Shown: positions 37,463 to 47,965 of the stretch, one piece after another
Layout of the letters: every line of letters starts with the position of its first letter
How positions within the stretch are numbered: position 1 is the stretch's first letter
DNA from: Deltaproteobacteria bacterium TL4
GTDB lineage: Bacteria > SAR324 > NAC60-12
Direction of reading: 5' to 3'
Length of the DNA stretch: 64,000 nucleotides
Assembly: GCA_051382335.1 (NCBI GenBank)
Contig: JBBCAX010000094.1
Location: 20,462-84,461 of the forward strand
Notes under the pieces: generated by a model
Told to the model about the DNA's origin: nothing
The model's input: only the letters and a program-made list of their open reading frames with translations
The model's database searches: none
Made by a program: the position numbers and the translations under genes

Positions 37463-38501
37463 AGTTTACATTATTCTGCTCAACTGGAATAGCTGGATTC
37501 ATACGATAGAGTGTTTGGAAAGCCTTTTCCGGAGTCAGCATCCCTCCTGGCAGATTATTGTTTGTGATAACCATTCTGAAGATCAATCCTTAGCGCAGAT
37601 CAAAGCCTGGGCTGAAGGTAAAAATGAACTCACTGCTACGATTTTACCTCAACTCCAACACCTGGTATTTCCCCCGATTCCCAAACCTGTTCCCTATGTC
37701 GAATATGACACACAAACTCTGCCTCAAGCCAAGAAAACCCAAGCAACGACCCGCTTGATCCTCATTCAAACCGGAGCCAATTTAGGTTTTTCAGGAGGAT
37801 GCAATGTAGGACTCCGTTATGCCATGCAGTGTGACGATTTTGAATACGTTTGGCTACTCAACAATGATACGGTGGTTAAACCCAATGCGCTTTCCTTGAT
37901 GATAAAAAAAATTCAGAGTGCTCCTGATTATGGAATCTGCGGCTCCACCTTGGCCTACTATCACCGACCGGAAATCATCCAAACGCGGGGAGGTAACGCC
38001 TATAACCGGATTTTAGGAACAACACGTCATCTTGGTTTCGGAGAAGCGTTATTGTCTCCTGTTGAGGAGACTTGTGTGGAAAAACAAATGGCCTGTGTGA
38101 TTGGAGCAAGCATGTTGGTCCGCAAGCAGGTTCTCAAGCAAGTGGGACTGCTCAGTGAGGAATATTTTCTGTATTTTGAAGAGCTGGACTGGGCCATCCG
38201 TGCCGGTAAAATGGGATTTCGCCTGGCTTATGCTTCACAAAGTACGATTTATCACAAAGAAGGCGCCTCTATCGGCGGTGGTAATCGAAACCGAAGTGAA
38301 AAAAATCTTCGTTCCGATTATTATGAAATTCGGAATCGCCTTGTCCTGGCGCGAAAATTTTATCCTTGGGCACTTCCGACCGTTTGCCTGGCACTGGGCA
38401 TTACCCTCATCAACAGAATCCGACGACATCAATGGGATCGAATTCCGATGATTTTTAAAACCATTCGGGATGCCTTCCGTGTTCCCCTCCCGCCCCAATG
38501 A
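37452..38501 (+). CDS. Glycosyltransferase family 2
   Basis: LLNWN, CDNHS, NLGFSGGCN, WLLNNDT, YFLYFEELDW. Confidence 0.9.
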   Translation: MDAKVYIILLNWNSWIHTIECLESLFRSQHPSWQIIVCDNHSEDQSLAQIKAWAEGKNELTATILPQLQHLVFPPIPKPVPYVEYDTQTLPQAKKTQATTRLILIQTGANLGFSGGCNVGLRYAMQCDDFEYVWLLNNDTVVKPNALSLMIKKIQSAPDYGICGSTLAYYHRPEIIQTRGGNAYNRILGTTRHLGFGEALLSPVEETCVEKQMACVIGASMLVRKQVLKQVGLLSEEYFLYFEELDWAIRAGKMGFRLAYASQSTIYHKEGASIGGGNRNRSEKNLRSDYYEIRNRLVLARKFYPWALPTVCLALGITLINRIRRHQWDRIPMIFKTIRDAFRVPLPPQ

Positions 38502-38588
38502 CGTCTTTATTCAAGAACCTGCGTAAACATCCCGTTGTTCTCACGGCTGCCGACCATGAAATACCAGGTGGTTGTCCGAGAAGGAGTT

Positions 38589-38685
38589 GTAGGGTGCGCT
38601 TAAGCGAAGCAAGCGCACCAGAAACGCTGTCCTCTTGTGGTGCGCTCGCTTCGCTTAAGCGGCACCCTACTTATGCTCAACACCT
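38589..38685. repeat. GTAG REP doublet (family D)
   Basis: GTAGGGTGCGCTTAAGCGAAGCAAGCGCACCA...TGGTGCGCTCGCTTCGCTTAAGCGGCACCCTAC; homologue at 14112. Confidence 0.88.
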
Positions 38686-38691
38686 ATTCTA

Positions 38692-38764
38692 TAGACGTTC
38701 ATTTAAATAAATTCATTTGAGTCTAACCCAGACTGTGGAGTACCAAAGCAAGCTTTGGCACTCC
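38692..38764. mobile_element. Truncated, internally collapsed MITE family A
   Basis: Left TIR TAGACGTTCATTTAAAT followed by a single fused palindrome GGAGTACCAAAGCAAGCTTTGGCACTCC. Confidence 0.85.
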
Positions 38765-38822
38765 TTATAATAGGCGAGCACCGGCTCTTTGTGCTGCCGG
38801 AGCGAATCGGCTGCGCGGCAAA

Positions 38823-40385
38823 TCATTTTTTCAAAAGCGTATAGACTTCTTCCTGAAAGAATTGGGTAATCATTTCAGGGTCGGCAATGACCGCTTTATC
38901 GGTGGTAACTCCGATCATCACCTGGTTGGCGTAACTTAAAATGCTCACACCGATACAGACACTGTGAGTTTGAGGTACCCAAAACATGATTTGCCTCATT
39001 GGAGAGTCGGCCAAATACAGGATTTCCGTAGGGCCAGGGACGTTAGACATGACGCCTGTGCCCTTCAAGGTGAAAATTTTCAAGATCAACGATTCGAGGA
39101 ATAACGGAAACATTCCGATCACATTCAAGATCGCAAAAGAAACAATCGAGTCATAAGATTTTTTAATATCGCCCATTCGTTTTTGAACTTCTTTCAACCG
39201 GTCATCCGCGTTTTCGATGGACAGCGGCAGCGTCAGAAAAACAAGACCAAAACGATTTCCGAGCGTGATTTCCTGTTCCGCCGCTCTCAAATCCACAGGG
39301 ATGATAAAACGTGTATTGATGGATTTTTTTAACGCTTGATGCTTTTGTAAATAACAACGTAAGGCCCCTGTCAATGCGGTAAGCAGGACATCATTGATTT
39401 TACATCCCATTTTATGACTCAACGCTTTGACATCATCCAAAGGGATCGATTCTGACCAAACGGTGAGTTTTTGCCCTCGGGGTTTGCCTCTCAAAATAGT
39501 TTTGGAATCTGGGAGCAGGAAGATCAGTTTTAGCACGGAAAACACAAGCTTTCCGACTTGTTCCACTCGGTATCGCCATCGCACACTCGCCAATTTCTTT
39601 AAGTAGGCATTTAAATCCAGGGAAATCATGGTGGTCGGACTGGTTTGCGGGGAGTCACTTAATTTTGTTTGGGGCGAAGATTGGCCTTTTGAGACGGCAT
39701 TACTTTTATCCGTTAAAGAAAGCAACACCCGCACTAAGGCCATTCCGTCAGCGATACAATGGTGAATACGCACAATCAGCGCTGAACCGCTACCATAAGA
39801 ATCCACAACATGCATTTGCCACAGAGGTCTCTTGAAATCCAGGGGAATGCTCAATAATTGCCCTGCCAGACGCTGAAGATCCTTCTGATCTCCATGCTCG
39901 GGAAATGATGCGGTTTGGATATGATAATTCAAATCAAAATAAGGGTCATCATGCCAAAGGGGAGTGGTTTGAAGATGGATCACACATTGTCGGAACCTGT
40001 CAAATTTCAACAAACGTTCTTGAATGACGACTTTAAATTTTTCTCGATCCAACGGCTTATCAAACATCATCACTCCCGCAATCGTCATTGGATTGCCCTC
40101 AGTGTCCATCCTGGCCCATGCCGCGTCTGCGTCAGACATGACCCCCTCCCTTCGTTGGGGCAACAAGGCCAGAAACATGGGAGTGACAAAAGGCATCACA
40201 ACATTCAACGCAGTCCATCCCAAAGGGGAACGGTTAAGGTGTTTTGCCAGTTTGGGTGTGAACGACACACTGAGGAGATACATCAGCAACAGCAGAATCC
40301 CACTTCCTGGAAAGGGGTCCTCACTGGAATAAGTGTAGCCTAACAAAAGACAAGCAATGATGTGATAAGGCATAAATATTTTCAT
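38823..40385 (-). CDS. Wax ester synthase/diacylglycerol acyltransferase with N-terminal membrane extension
   Basis: Catalytic HHCIADG, PLD..RPLW, INDV, SNVPGP; about 80 hydrophobic residues precede the domain; GAGG RBS. Confidence 0.9.
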   Translation of the reverse strand: MKIFMPYHIIACLLLGYTYSSEDPFPGSGILLLLMYLLSVSFTPKLAKHLNRSPLGWTALNVVMPFVTPMFLALLPQRREGVMSDADAAWARMDTEGNPMTIAGVMMFDKPLDREKFKVVIQERLLKFDRFRQCVIHLQTTPLWHDDPYFDLNYHIQTASFPEHGDQKDLQRLAGQLLSIPLDFKRPLWQMHVVDSYGSGSALIVRIHHCIADGMALVRVLLSLTDKSNAVSKGQSSPQTKLSDSPQTSPTTMISLDLNAYLKKLASVRWRYRVEQVGKLVFSVLKLIFLLPDSKTILRGKPRGQKLTVWSESIPLDDVKALSHKMGCKINDVLLTALTGALRCYLQKHQALKKSINTRFIIPVDLRAAEQEITLGNRFGLVFLTLPLSIENADDRLKEVQKRMGDIKKSYDSIVSFAILNVIGMFPLFLESLILKIFTLKGTGVMSNVPGPTEILYLADSPMRQIMFWVPQTHSVCIGVSILSYANQVMIGVTTDKAVIADPEMITQFFQEEVYTLLKK

Positions 40386-40443
40386 GGCGACCTCATGGGG
40401 GACTATGGTTTTTCGGTGTTATTGGCGATGGGGTTAATCTCCA

Positions 40444-42636
40444 TCAACACTCCAATTGCTTCATCTGTTCCCTCAACTGATGGAGTTTCGGGATCAACGT
40501 TTGACGCTCACTTTGCGACAACTGCAACGTTTTAAACAGTTCTTCAAAGTCAATAGCCGTACCTTCAATCATCAGACTCAGATCTTGCTGAATGGTACTT
40601 GCTAAACGCTCCAAGCCTTTATACAAATACAGATATTTGACATTTTCACGATAATTTCGAACATCAAACTCCAAGCTGGAAAACGCGTCTTTCTTCAATT
40701 GAGCAATTTCATCATTTTGAAGTCGTTCCTTCAAATCGTCAGGTATTCCTTCTTTCCTGTGTCGTATCAGCCGCTCCCACTGTTTTTGCAGGATGTTTTT
40801 TCCCAGCAGGTAAACTCTTTTCAATTTTTCATGGGCTTGGTAATTCAATGTTGATGAAAAGAGGACCATGGGAAGATCAGGAAATTGAAAGGCAAGGTAG
40901 TCGAGCGAAGAAACAAAGCGTTCTCCCGCCAGAATTCCCTGAGCATTCTGTCGGAGTTCTAACAGATTTCTGAAAATCACGAAGTAAGGGGTACACACTT
41001 CTCTGAGCTGGTCCACATATTGATGTTCGAGCGTTTTCAAATGATGCAACAGCGGCGCGTTTAATTCTTCGGTGGTGAAACGGAGGAGTTGATGCTGCAA
41101 GGTTTTATAGAAAGTCATGACTTGCGCGGAAAACAAATCCTTTGACTTCAATAAGGAGTCCGGCAATTCATAGTTTTGGATGAATTGATAAAGTTGAGGC
41201 ACAAGGGGACCTTTCTCGGGATCAAAAAGGTCATTCACGTCGTTACTTAATTTCTGTTTTAATTGCTCCAGCGCCCCTTCCAGCGCGGCTTGCATGGATT
41301 GCTTGGTACCTTTCAGTTCTTTAACTTGGGCATCCATTTCCGCTTGCAGTTTTTGACATTCGGTTTGATCCTTGGAGGCGGTATTCAACACGTTTTCTAT
41401 AAAAGTCAAAACCTGCTGCTGTACGTATTTCCAATGACGGTGTTCACTTTGCATGAGGAGTGATTCATCAACGCTATGGAGCTCCAGAGCCTTTTTCAGG
41501 TTTTTCCATTGTTTTTGATGGTATTGAATCAGGGGATCCACCGATTTCCATAAGCCCAACTGGACTTCCATTCGAGACGTGCGGTTTTCGTTGAGATCGC
41601 AAAACAATTGATAGAGTGCGGAAACTCCATAGAGGGGGAGGTTGGAACTCCAGGGTTTGAGATCCTGGCCCAGTTGTGTCAAAACCCGTTGGGCGTCTTC
41701 AAGGGATTCATGCTCCGTTAAATCCATATTGGCAACAAACAAGGTTTGTTGCAGCAGCCCCAAATCCTTCAAAGTCCGCAGCAGTACCAAGTCGGCCTGA
41801 CGCATTCCGGTCCGTGAGCTGAAAACATAGAGGACCATGGAACATTGAGTTAAATATTCCTGAACCATCGCAAAATGATTTGGATTGGGGGAATCACTGC
41901 CTTGGCAGTCCGCGATTTCAAGCCGGGCAGGCGCTTGAGGCAACTCCAGCAGAATATCCTTCATATAAACCGCGTATTCGTCGCGGCTCACAAAAGTTTG
42001 ATGTTGTTCAATCACGTCAGCATCCAGCATCAGCACAGACTCTGTTTCCTTGTCGTCTAAATACCGATGTATTTTCTCATAGCCCTGTAAAAACGAGCGT
42101 AATAAGACATACTCCTGATTAAAACTTTCATAGTCTTCAGAAAGATGAGAGGGATGAGCGTCCAGAAAATCACTCAATATTTTTCGATCCTCTGAATTTC
42201 TCAGATTCAAACGCTCCTGAGGTGCCTGATCCACGGCGTGGGCCAGTAGCAAAAAAGAGTGCTGTACTTCATCCAGAATAGTTTCCCATGATTTAAATCG
42301 AATGAAGGCTTTGGGGTGAGTGCCATAGCGGACGCGGGTAATGATGGCGGTTAGAATCCCCGCGCCTCGTTTCAGTAAATCCTGTTTTAACAGCGCATTG
42401 ACAAACGAGGACTTTCCCGATTTGACCGTACCCACCACCGCAATCCGCACTCGCTCTTCCTTTAATCTGATTTCAATAGCGTTCAAAGCTTGTAACCAAG
42501 CGTCAAATTGAGCAGTCTTCAGGCTCAACAACGCTTGTATTTCACTAATCAAAGCACGTGTTTCCGCTAACGGAAGTTTTGACATAAGTCTCGCTATAGT
42601 ATTGAGGTATAAGCTGCTGGAAGAAAATTCGGGCAA
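40444..42636 (-). CDS. Bacterial dynamin-like GTPase
   Basis: G1 GTVKSGKSSFVNAL, G2 GAGILT, G3 DCQG, long helical stalk; start may be 42585. Confidence 0.82.
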   Translation of the reverse strand: MPEFSSSSLYLNTIARLMSKLPLAETRALISEIQALLSLKTAQFDAWLQALNAIEIRLKEERVRIAVVGTVKSGKSSFVNALLKQDLLKRGAGILTAIITRVRYGTHPKAFIRFKSWETILDEVQHSFLLLAHAVDQAPQERLNLRNSEDRKILSDFLDAHPSHLSEDYESFNQEYVLLRSFLQGYEKIHRYLDDKETESVLMLDADVIEQHQTFVSRDEYAVYMKDILLELPQAPARLEIADCQGSDSPNPNHFAMVQEYLTQCSMVLYVFSSRTGMRQADLVLLRTLKDLGLLQQTLFVANMDLTEHESLEDAQRVLTQLGQDLKPWSSNLPLYGVSALYQLFCDLNENRTSRMEVQLGLWKSVDPLIQYHQKQWKNLKKALELHSVDESLLMQSEHRHWKYVQQQVLTFIENVLNTASKDQTECQKLQAEMDAQVKELKGTKQSMQAALEGALEQLKQKLSNDVNDLFDPEKGPLVPQLYQFIQNYELPDSLLKSKDLFSAQVMTFYKTLQHQLLRFTTEELNAPLLHHLKTLEHQYVDQLREVCTPYFVIFRNLLELRQNAQGILAGERFVSSLDYLAFQFPDLPMVLFSSTLNYQAHEKLKRVYLLGKNILQKQWERLIRHRKEGIPDDLKERLQNDEIAQLKKDAFSSLEFDVRNYRENVKYLYLYKGLERLASTIQQDLSLMIEGTAIDFEELFKTLQLSQSERQTLIPKLHQLREQMKQLEC

Positions 42637-42647
42637 ACATCAGGGAT

Positions 42648-42989
42648 TCATTCCCATGCCGTTAATACGCCGTCAACAGATTCGAAAATTTTGAACGTTT
42701 TATCCATCCCCGACAAGGTGAAAAGGTCCAGGCAGGTTTGATTTACATGACACAGAGCCACAGGTTTATTTTGCCTGGAGTAACGCTTATGAAACCATCC
42801 GAGCACTCCAAGTCCGGCGGAGTCAAACACTTTTGCCTCTGACAAGTTCAAGATCACACCTCGAACTCGTTCATCCTCCAAAAAAGGAAGAAGGAATTTT
42901 TTCAGTTCAATCGCCTCGTCCAAAACTACTTTCCCCTCTACTTTGATCACACAATAGGCTTTAAGTATTTCATGAGAAATCTTGATCAT
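42648..42989 (-). CDS. STAS domain anti-sigma factor antagonist
   Basis: ILNLS....FDSAGLG.L with conserved Ser; AAGGA RBS. Confidence 0.88.
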   Translation of the reverse strand: MIKISHEILKAYCVIKVEGKVVLDEAIELKKFLLPFLEDERVRGVILNLSEAKVFDSAGLGVLGWFHKRYSRQNKPVALCHVNQTCLDLFTLSGMDKTFKIFESVDGVLTAWE

Positions 42990-43027
42990 TCTGTTCCTTG
43001 AAAATGAGGGGACGCCTTGAAATACCG

Positions 43028-43273
43028 TCACTCCGGTTGCATTTCCTCAACATAGATCCGGGCAGGACGTCTGCAATCATTATAAGCGCCAGGCTCATAA
43101 CTATGCCGCTGTTTATGTCGGGATTCCTGACGAGCTTCTTCCAGTAGGGGTTGACACTCTTTGAAATTGCGTTCGGCTAACGGCGTGGAACAACTGAGAC
43201 TTATCAAAGCCATCAGACCTACCACCATTCTATGATAACGAAATCTGATTCCTTTGGGTATTCTTTTTCTCAT
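43028..43273 (-). CDS. Small putative lipoprotein
   Basis: Basic N-terminus, hydrophobic stretch, lipobox-like SLSC. Confidence 0.5.
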   Translation of the reverse strand: MRKRIPKGIRFRYHRMVVGLMALISLSCSTPLAERNFKECQPLLEEARQESRHKQRHSYEPGAYNDCRRPARIYVEEMQPE

Positions 43274-44414
43274 ACATCCGTTTCACATGAAAGAGGATCC
43301 GCTTCGACAAAGTCTCAATATCCTTCGGCGAAGTGTTCCAGCCCATACTCACTCTTAAACAAGATTTTGCTTGTTTCGTGGATAACCCCATGGCTCTTAA
43401 CACCGGACTCGCTTCAAGGGCGCCGGAAGAGCAGGCGGAACCTGTGGAGACCGCGATGTGATCCAAGTCTAAGTTAATCAGTAGACTTTCCGCACTGAGA
43501 GAGTCAAATCCAAAATTAAGAGTGTTCGATAAAAGTGGAGCCGAGTGTCCATTGAGAAAAAAACCATTTACCTTCGTTAAGTCCCTGAGCAATTCGTTTT
43601 GAAACTGTGTCCATTTTTGTTGTAACTGTTCCAAATGCTGAAGATGCCAAGCTAGAGCCAAAGCAAATCCCTGCGCCAAGATCGGATTTTCAGTCCCGGC
43701 ACGACGAACCCGCTCCTGTTTTCCTCCTGTGATTAAGGGCTGAAAAGGCGTCGTTTTTTTTATGTAAAGTATTCCAATCCCTCGGGGGCCTCCTAACTTA
43801 TGGGCTGTTGCTGTTGCATAATCCACTCCCGGTTCACCCCACTTTAAGGGCAGTTTTCCCAGCGCTTGGACCGCGTCGGTATGAAAAGGGATCTGATGTT
43901 CTCTGGCAATTTTTGTGAGTGCGGCAAGGGGTTGAACCACTCCCGTTTCGTTATTTGCGGTCATGATGGAAATTAAAGACGTTTCTTGACGCAGCGCGTG
44001 TTCCAGTTCCTGAGGTTCAACCTGTCCCAAGGAATTAACAGGGAGATAACTGACTTGGATCTGAGGTAATTTTTCCAGCGCCTTGCAGGTTTCTATAATC
44101 GAAGGGTGCTCGATTTGGGAAGTGATGAGGTGCTGCGGCGCAGGGTTCATGAAACATTGACGTAACACCGCGTTGTTACTCTCACTGCCGCCACTGGTAA
44201 ATATTAGTTCCTGGGGGGTCACCCCCAGCAAATCAGCCAAATGCCGTCGGCTGTCTTCAAGCAGCGCTTTCGCCATACGTCCTTCCGCATGAGGACTTGA
44301 CGGATTGGCGAAGTGAGCAGAAAACGCTTCCTTCATGGCGTCAATGACGTCAGGAAGCATCGGAGAGGTTGCGTTATAATCTAAATAGACTCGCTTCAGT
44401 GGAGAGTCGGTCAT
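43230..44414 (-). CDS. Cysteine desulfurase (IscS/NifS group I)
   Basis: YLDYNAT, FTSGGSE, HTDAVQ, TAHK, RAGTEN, STGSAC. Confidence 0.93.
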   Translation of the reverse strand: MTDSPLKRVYLDYNATSPMLPDVIDAMKEAFSAHFANPSSPHAEGRMAKALLEDSRRHLADLLGVTPQELIFTSGGSESNNAVLRQCFMNPAPQHLITSQIEHPSIIETCKALEKLPQIQVSYLPVNSLGQVEPQELEHALRQETSLISIMTANNETGVVQPLAALTKIAREHQIPFHTDAVQALGKLPLKWGEPGVDYATATAHKLGGPRGIGILYIKKTTPFQPLITGGKQERVRRAGTENPILAQGFALALAWHLQHLEQLQQKWTQFQNELLRDLTKVNGFFLNGHSAPLLSNTLNFGFDSLSAESLLINLDLDHIAVSTGSACSSGALEASPVLRAMGLSTKQAKSCLRVSMGWNTSPKDIETLSKRILFHVKRMYEKKNTQRNQISLS

Positions 44415-44518
44415 AGGATTTCTGGGTTAGAGATGAAGAATCAAGGCACTGATTTCAGGCATACATCCTGCTTTCCTTAACAGAGTTCCTGTGATAACAA
44501 AAGTCAATATCGCATTTT

Positions 44519-45403
44519 ATGAAGGCTCCCTTCCTTAAGGATTGTATGCGTTGCTTTAAAGGGTTTTCACGCGTTTTGCTGATCTTCGTTTTAACGGTTC
44601 CCGCTTACGCGGTCCAAGGTCAAGGAACCCATTTCTGGGTTGTTCCTGAAAAGCCCCCTGCTACTGACCCCCAACCCAAGCCGGTATCTCCTCCAAAACC
44701 TGAACCGCGACAACCCCCCAAGGAGGTTCCTCCGCCGCCTCCGCCACTACCAACCCCTCCGCCAAAAGTGACGCTGTCCACGTCTGATGTTATTTTTTTA
44801 TTGGATATCTCAGGGTCGATGGAAGCGACTCTTGGAGGCAACCCTTTGAATAAATTGGAGTCCGCCCAAAAGGCCTTAACCTACTTTGCTGAAGCAATGA
44901 AACAAGGCACCCGCTTTCAACTGTGGACGTTCAGCACACACATTACTCAACATCCGAATTCTGAGGAACATCAAAATCAATCAAAAAGGGATTTTGAGGC
45001 GATTGGTCCTCCTGATTCCAAAGCGCGAGCTCATTTAAAAAAATTGATTAACGACCTGAAAACAGACGGCGGCACAAACTTGTATGAAGCCATTTATAAA
45101 GCCATCCAGTATTTCGAGTTTTCAGCATATCCCGCCGAAACAACTCCGCGCAAACGCTATAAAGTCATTGTTGTTCTTGCGGATGGACAAGACGATGAGC
45201 TTTCTACGATAACACTTCAACACGTTTTAAGTTTAAAGCGGCAACATCCCGATATTGAAATCAAGACCATCGGTTTTGGAATTACCCCCGGAAGCCCCTT
45301 TCATCAGACGTTGTGTAAACTGGCTTCTAACCCCGCGCATTGTGCCCTCACCAGTGAGTTCAAAGAGTTGCAACAAATGCTTCACTCCTTTACCCGATCC
45401 TGA
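44519..45403 (+). CDS. Secreted vWA-domain protein with Pro-rich linker
   Basis: Signal peptide, poly-Pro linker, MIDAS DISGS, GGTNL, LADG. Confidence 0.85.
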   Translation: MKAPFLKDCMRCFKGFSRVLLIFVLTVPAYAVQGQGTHFWVVPEKPPATDPQPKPVSPPKPEPRQPPKEVPPPPPPLPTPPPKVTLSTSDVIFLLDISGSMEATLGGNPLNKLESAQKALTYFAEAMKQGTRFQLWTFSTHITQHPNSEEHQNQSKRDFEAIGPPDSKARAHLKKLINDLKTDGGTNLYEAIYKAIQYFEFSAYPAETTPRKRYKVIVVLADGQDDELSTITLQHVLSLKRQHPDIEIKTIGFGITPGSPFHQTLCKLASNPAHCALTSEFKELQQMLHSFTRS

Positions 45404-45430
45404 AAATACCACCCTTCTCCCCTGAAGCCC

Positions 45431-45453
45431 TCAAGGTTCAAGAAGGCCGATAA
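45431..45453 (+). promoter_or_regulatory. Possible sigma28 promoter
   Basis: Perfect GCCGATAA at 45446-45453 upstream of an MCP; TCAA only 11 bp upstream (non-canonical spacing). Confidence 0.3.
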
Positions 45454-45582
45454 AAAAAGAGAATAATGTATTTACATTGGGAAACTTTTTTTTTATAGAC
45501 ATAAGCAGTGTATCAAATTTTGAAAGAAACTGAACAATCACGGAAATATTTTTCCAGGAAATTCAATAAACGTGAAGAGGAA

Positions 45583-47865
45583 ATGATGAATCTATACAAA
45601 GATATGAAAATTGGAACAAAAATTGGGATCAGTTTTGGTCTGGTCGGTATTTTATTCATCGGGGTGATTTGGCAATACCACAGCACCTTGCTCACTACGC
45701 AATCCAACTATGAAAGACTCTTGAATGTCGCTGAGGCTGAAAAGAGTATTTCCTACCGCATCGACGTATCCATGCTGGAAACCCGCCGCGCTGAGAAAGA
45801 CTTTTTAGCGCGAAAAGACCTCAAGTATGCGGATAGCGTTCGTTCGTCTGTCGAACAAGTTCTCCTGGAATCGGAAAAAATAAAGCGGATTGAAAGCGCG
45901 AATGGGGAAAGTACTGAAGCGGTGGATCGCATTATCAAAGACATACGGTCTTACCATACCGCCTTTCAAGCCATCGTCGAAGCCTGGAAGCTCAAAGGGT
46001 TGGATCCTTCCTTGGGACTTCAGGGAAAATTCAGGGAAGCGGCTCATGACGCCGAAGCCAAATTCAAAAATTACGATACCGATGAACTGGCAATTACCCT
46101 CCTTCAAATTCGCAGAACAGAGAAAGATTTCAGTTTGCGGGGAGAAGATAAGTATGTTGACAATGTTCATAACCTGATCAGCCTTTTTAAAACCCAGATC
46201 GAAACATCGAAATTGGACGAACAGCTCAAAAAAGAACTGGAAAAAGATATTTCAGCGTATCAGCAAACCTTCGACCAATTTGTGAAAGAGAGCAACAGAG
46301 GAAAAAATACCGAGGAGAGTACCGGAAAATTCAGAGAGGCTGCCCATAAAATAGAAACAACGCTTGGTGAACATTATGTCCCCAGTATCATGACGGATTA
46401 TCTCACACTCCGACGTGACGAAAAAGACTATCTCCTGCGTTTAGATGAAAAATATGTTAAAGCCGTGGATGAAACCGTTAGAATCATTAAAATCAACGTC
46501 GATGCTTCGGCTATTCAGGAGAAAGAAAAATCAACCATTCACGGACTCCTGGAAACCTATCAGAAGGCGTTTCATGAACTGGTTGCCCAAGATATGAAAA
46601 TCCTCACAATAGAAGAGACCATGCGAGAAGCGGTTCATGATATCGAACCTGTTATTGAGGCAAATCTTAAAGACGCCAATCAAGCCATGGCTGAAATAGC
46701 GGCCAACACCAAGACTATCACGGAAAATAGTTCAAAAATAGCGTTGATGATGAGTGTTGGAGCGATTCTTCTGGGCATTGTCTTCGCGTTTCTCATTGTT
46801 CAGTCCATCACGAAACCCATCAAAGCCGTGGTTGCGTTTGCTGGACTTTATAGCAGGGGTGATTTGACCGCGTCTTTAGCGGTCGATAGCAAAGATGAAC
46901 TTGGAGTCATGGCCGCAAGCCTGAAGGGGGCCATGGAAAAACTCCGGAGTATTATCATGGAGGTGAAGACCGCGGCCCTCAATGTCAGTGAGGGCAGTCA
47001 ACAACTCAGTTCTACTTCCCAGCAGATGTCCCAGGGAGCCACGGAACAGGCCGCCTCGGTTGAGGAAACGTCCGCTTCCATGGAAGAGATGAGTTCCAAC
47101 ATCCAACAAAACGCTGATAATTCCCTGCAAACCGAAAAAATCGCGACCAGAGCCTCCAATGATGCCAAAGAAAGTGGACAGGCTGTGGAGAAAGCGATGG
47201 CGGCAATGAAGGAGATCGCCAGCAAAATTTCAATTATTGAAGAAATTGCCCGACAAACCAATTTGCTGGCTTTAAATGCCGCCATTGAAGCCGCTCGCGC
47301 CGGAGAACACGGCAAGGGCTTTGCGGTCGTCGCCTCGGAGGTTCGAAAACTTGCGGAGCGTAGCCAGAATGCGGCAGGAGAGATCACAGGCTTATCGGCA
47401 TCCAGCATGGAAGTGGCGGAAAGAGCCAGCGGTATGCTGAAGCAACTGGTACCAGATATTCAAAAAACCGCAGAATTGGTACAGGAAATCAGCGCTTCCA
47501 GCAGTGAGCAAAATACAGGGGCAGAACAGATCAGCAAGGCGCTTCAGCAGTTGGATGGCGTGATCCAGCAAAATGCCAGCGCTTCTGAGGAAATGGCCTC
47601 CACTTCAGAAGAATTAGCTTCTCAGGCTCAGATGCTTCAGGATACCATCGCTTTTTTCAATGTAGGTGAGGAAATGGCAACTTCCAGAAAGAAGCCCCAA
47701 CAGGCACTTCAAACTCGCAAAGTGGTTCCCCCCAAACAGCTCTCTCAACCCGCAGCGAAAAAGACGCTCCCAGCGCCATCTCGTGCCGGAAAGACACGTC
47801 AACCCGTCGGCTTGGAGATGGACATGGGAGATCCTACGAATGATTCGGATTTTGAACGGTACTAG
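45583..47865 (+). CDS. Methyl-accepting chemotaxis protein
   Basis: Two TMs, [35 protein letters not shown]-terminal pentapeptide DFERY. Confidence 0.96.
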   Translation: MMNLYKDMKIGTKIGISFGLVGILFIGVIWQYHSTLLTTQSNYERLLNVAEAEKSISYRIDVSMLETRRAEKDFLARKDLKYADSVRSSVEQVLLESEKIKRIESANGESTEAVDRIIKDIRSYHTAFQAIVEAWKLKGLDPSLGLQGKFREAAHDAEAKFKNYDTDELAITLLQIRRTEKDFSLRGEDKYVDNVHNLISLFKTQIETSKLDEQLKKELEKDISAYQQTFDQFVKESNRGKNTEESTGKFREAAHKIETTLGEHYVPSIMTDYLTLRRDEKDYLLRLDEKYVKAVDETVRIIKINVDASAIQEKEKSTIHGLLETYQKAFHELVAQDMKILTIEETMREAVHDIEPVIEANLKDANQAMAEIAANTKTITENSSKIALMMSVGAILLGIVFAFLIVQSITKPIKAVVAFAGLYSRGDLTASLAVDSKDELGVMAASLKGAMEKLRSIIMEVKTAALNVSEGSQQLSSTSQQMSQGATEQAASVEETSASMEEMSSNIQQNADNSLQTEKIATRASNDAKESGQAVEKAMAAMKEIASKISIIEEIARQTNLLALNAAIEAARAGEHGKGFAVVASEVRKLAERSQNAAGEITGLSASSMEVAERASGMLKQLVPDIQKTAELVQEISASSSEQNTGAEQISKALQQLDGVIQQNASASEEMASTSEELASQAQMLQDTIAFFNVGEEMATSRKKPQQALQTRKVVPPKQLSQPAAKKTLPAPSRAGKTRQPVGLEMDMGDPTNDSDFERY

Positions 47866-47881
47866 GCTTGTCCGGGAACGC

Positions 47882-47911
47882 GTACTTTGCCGTACTTCCA
47901 AGGCAAAGTAC
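47882..47911. other. Hairpin between convergent genes
   Basis: GTACTTTGCC-N10-GGCAAAGTAC. Confidence 0.55.
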
Positions 47912-47965
47912 ACGCTGCTCATGAAGGCCTCTCCTGACGAAAATCCAAAGGAGAGGGTCCTCAAA

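Noticed and set aside
38498..38710. 70-aa ORF overlapping the GT2 stop (ATGA)
   Set aside because: Reads through REP family D and the MITE-A end; the similar peptide at 13896-14228 comes from the same repeat
43230..44414. DndA of a phosphorothioation system or an isc operon
   Set aside because: No dnd, iscU/iscR or suf neighbours; treated as a stand-alone desulfurase
44650..44765. C-rich low-complexity tract
   Set aside because: Encodes the poly-Pro linker of the vWA protein
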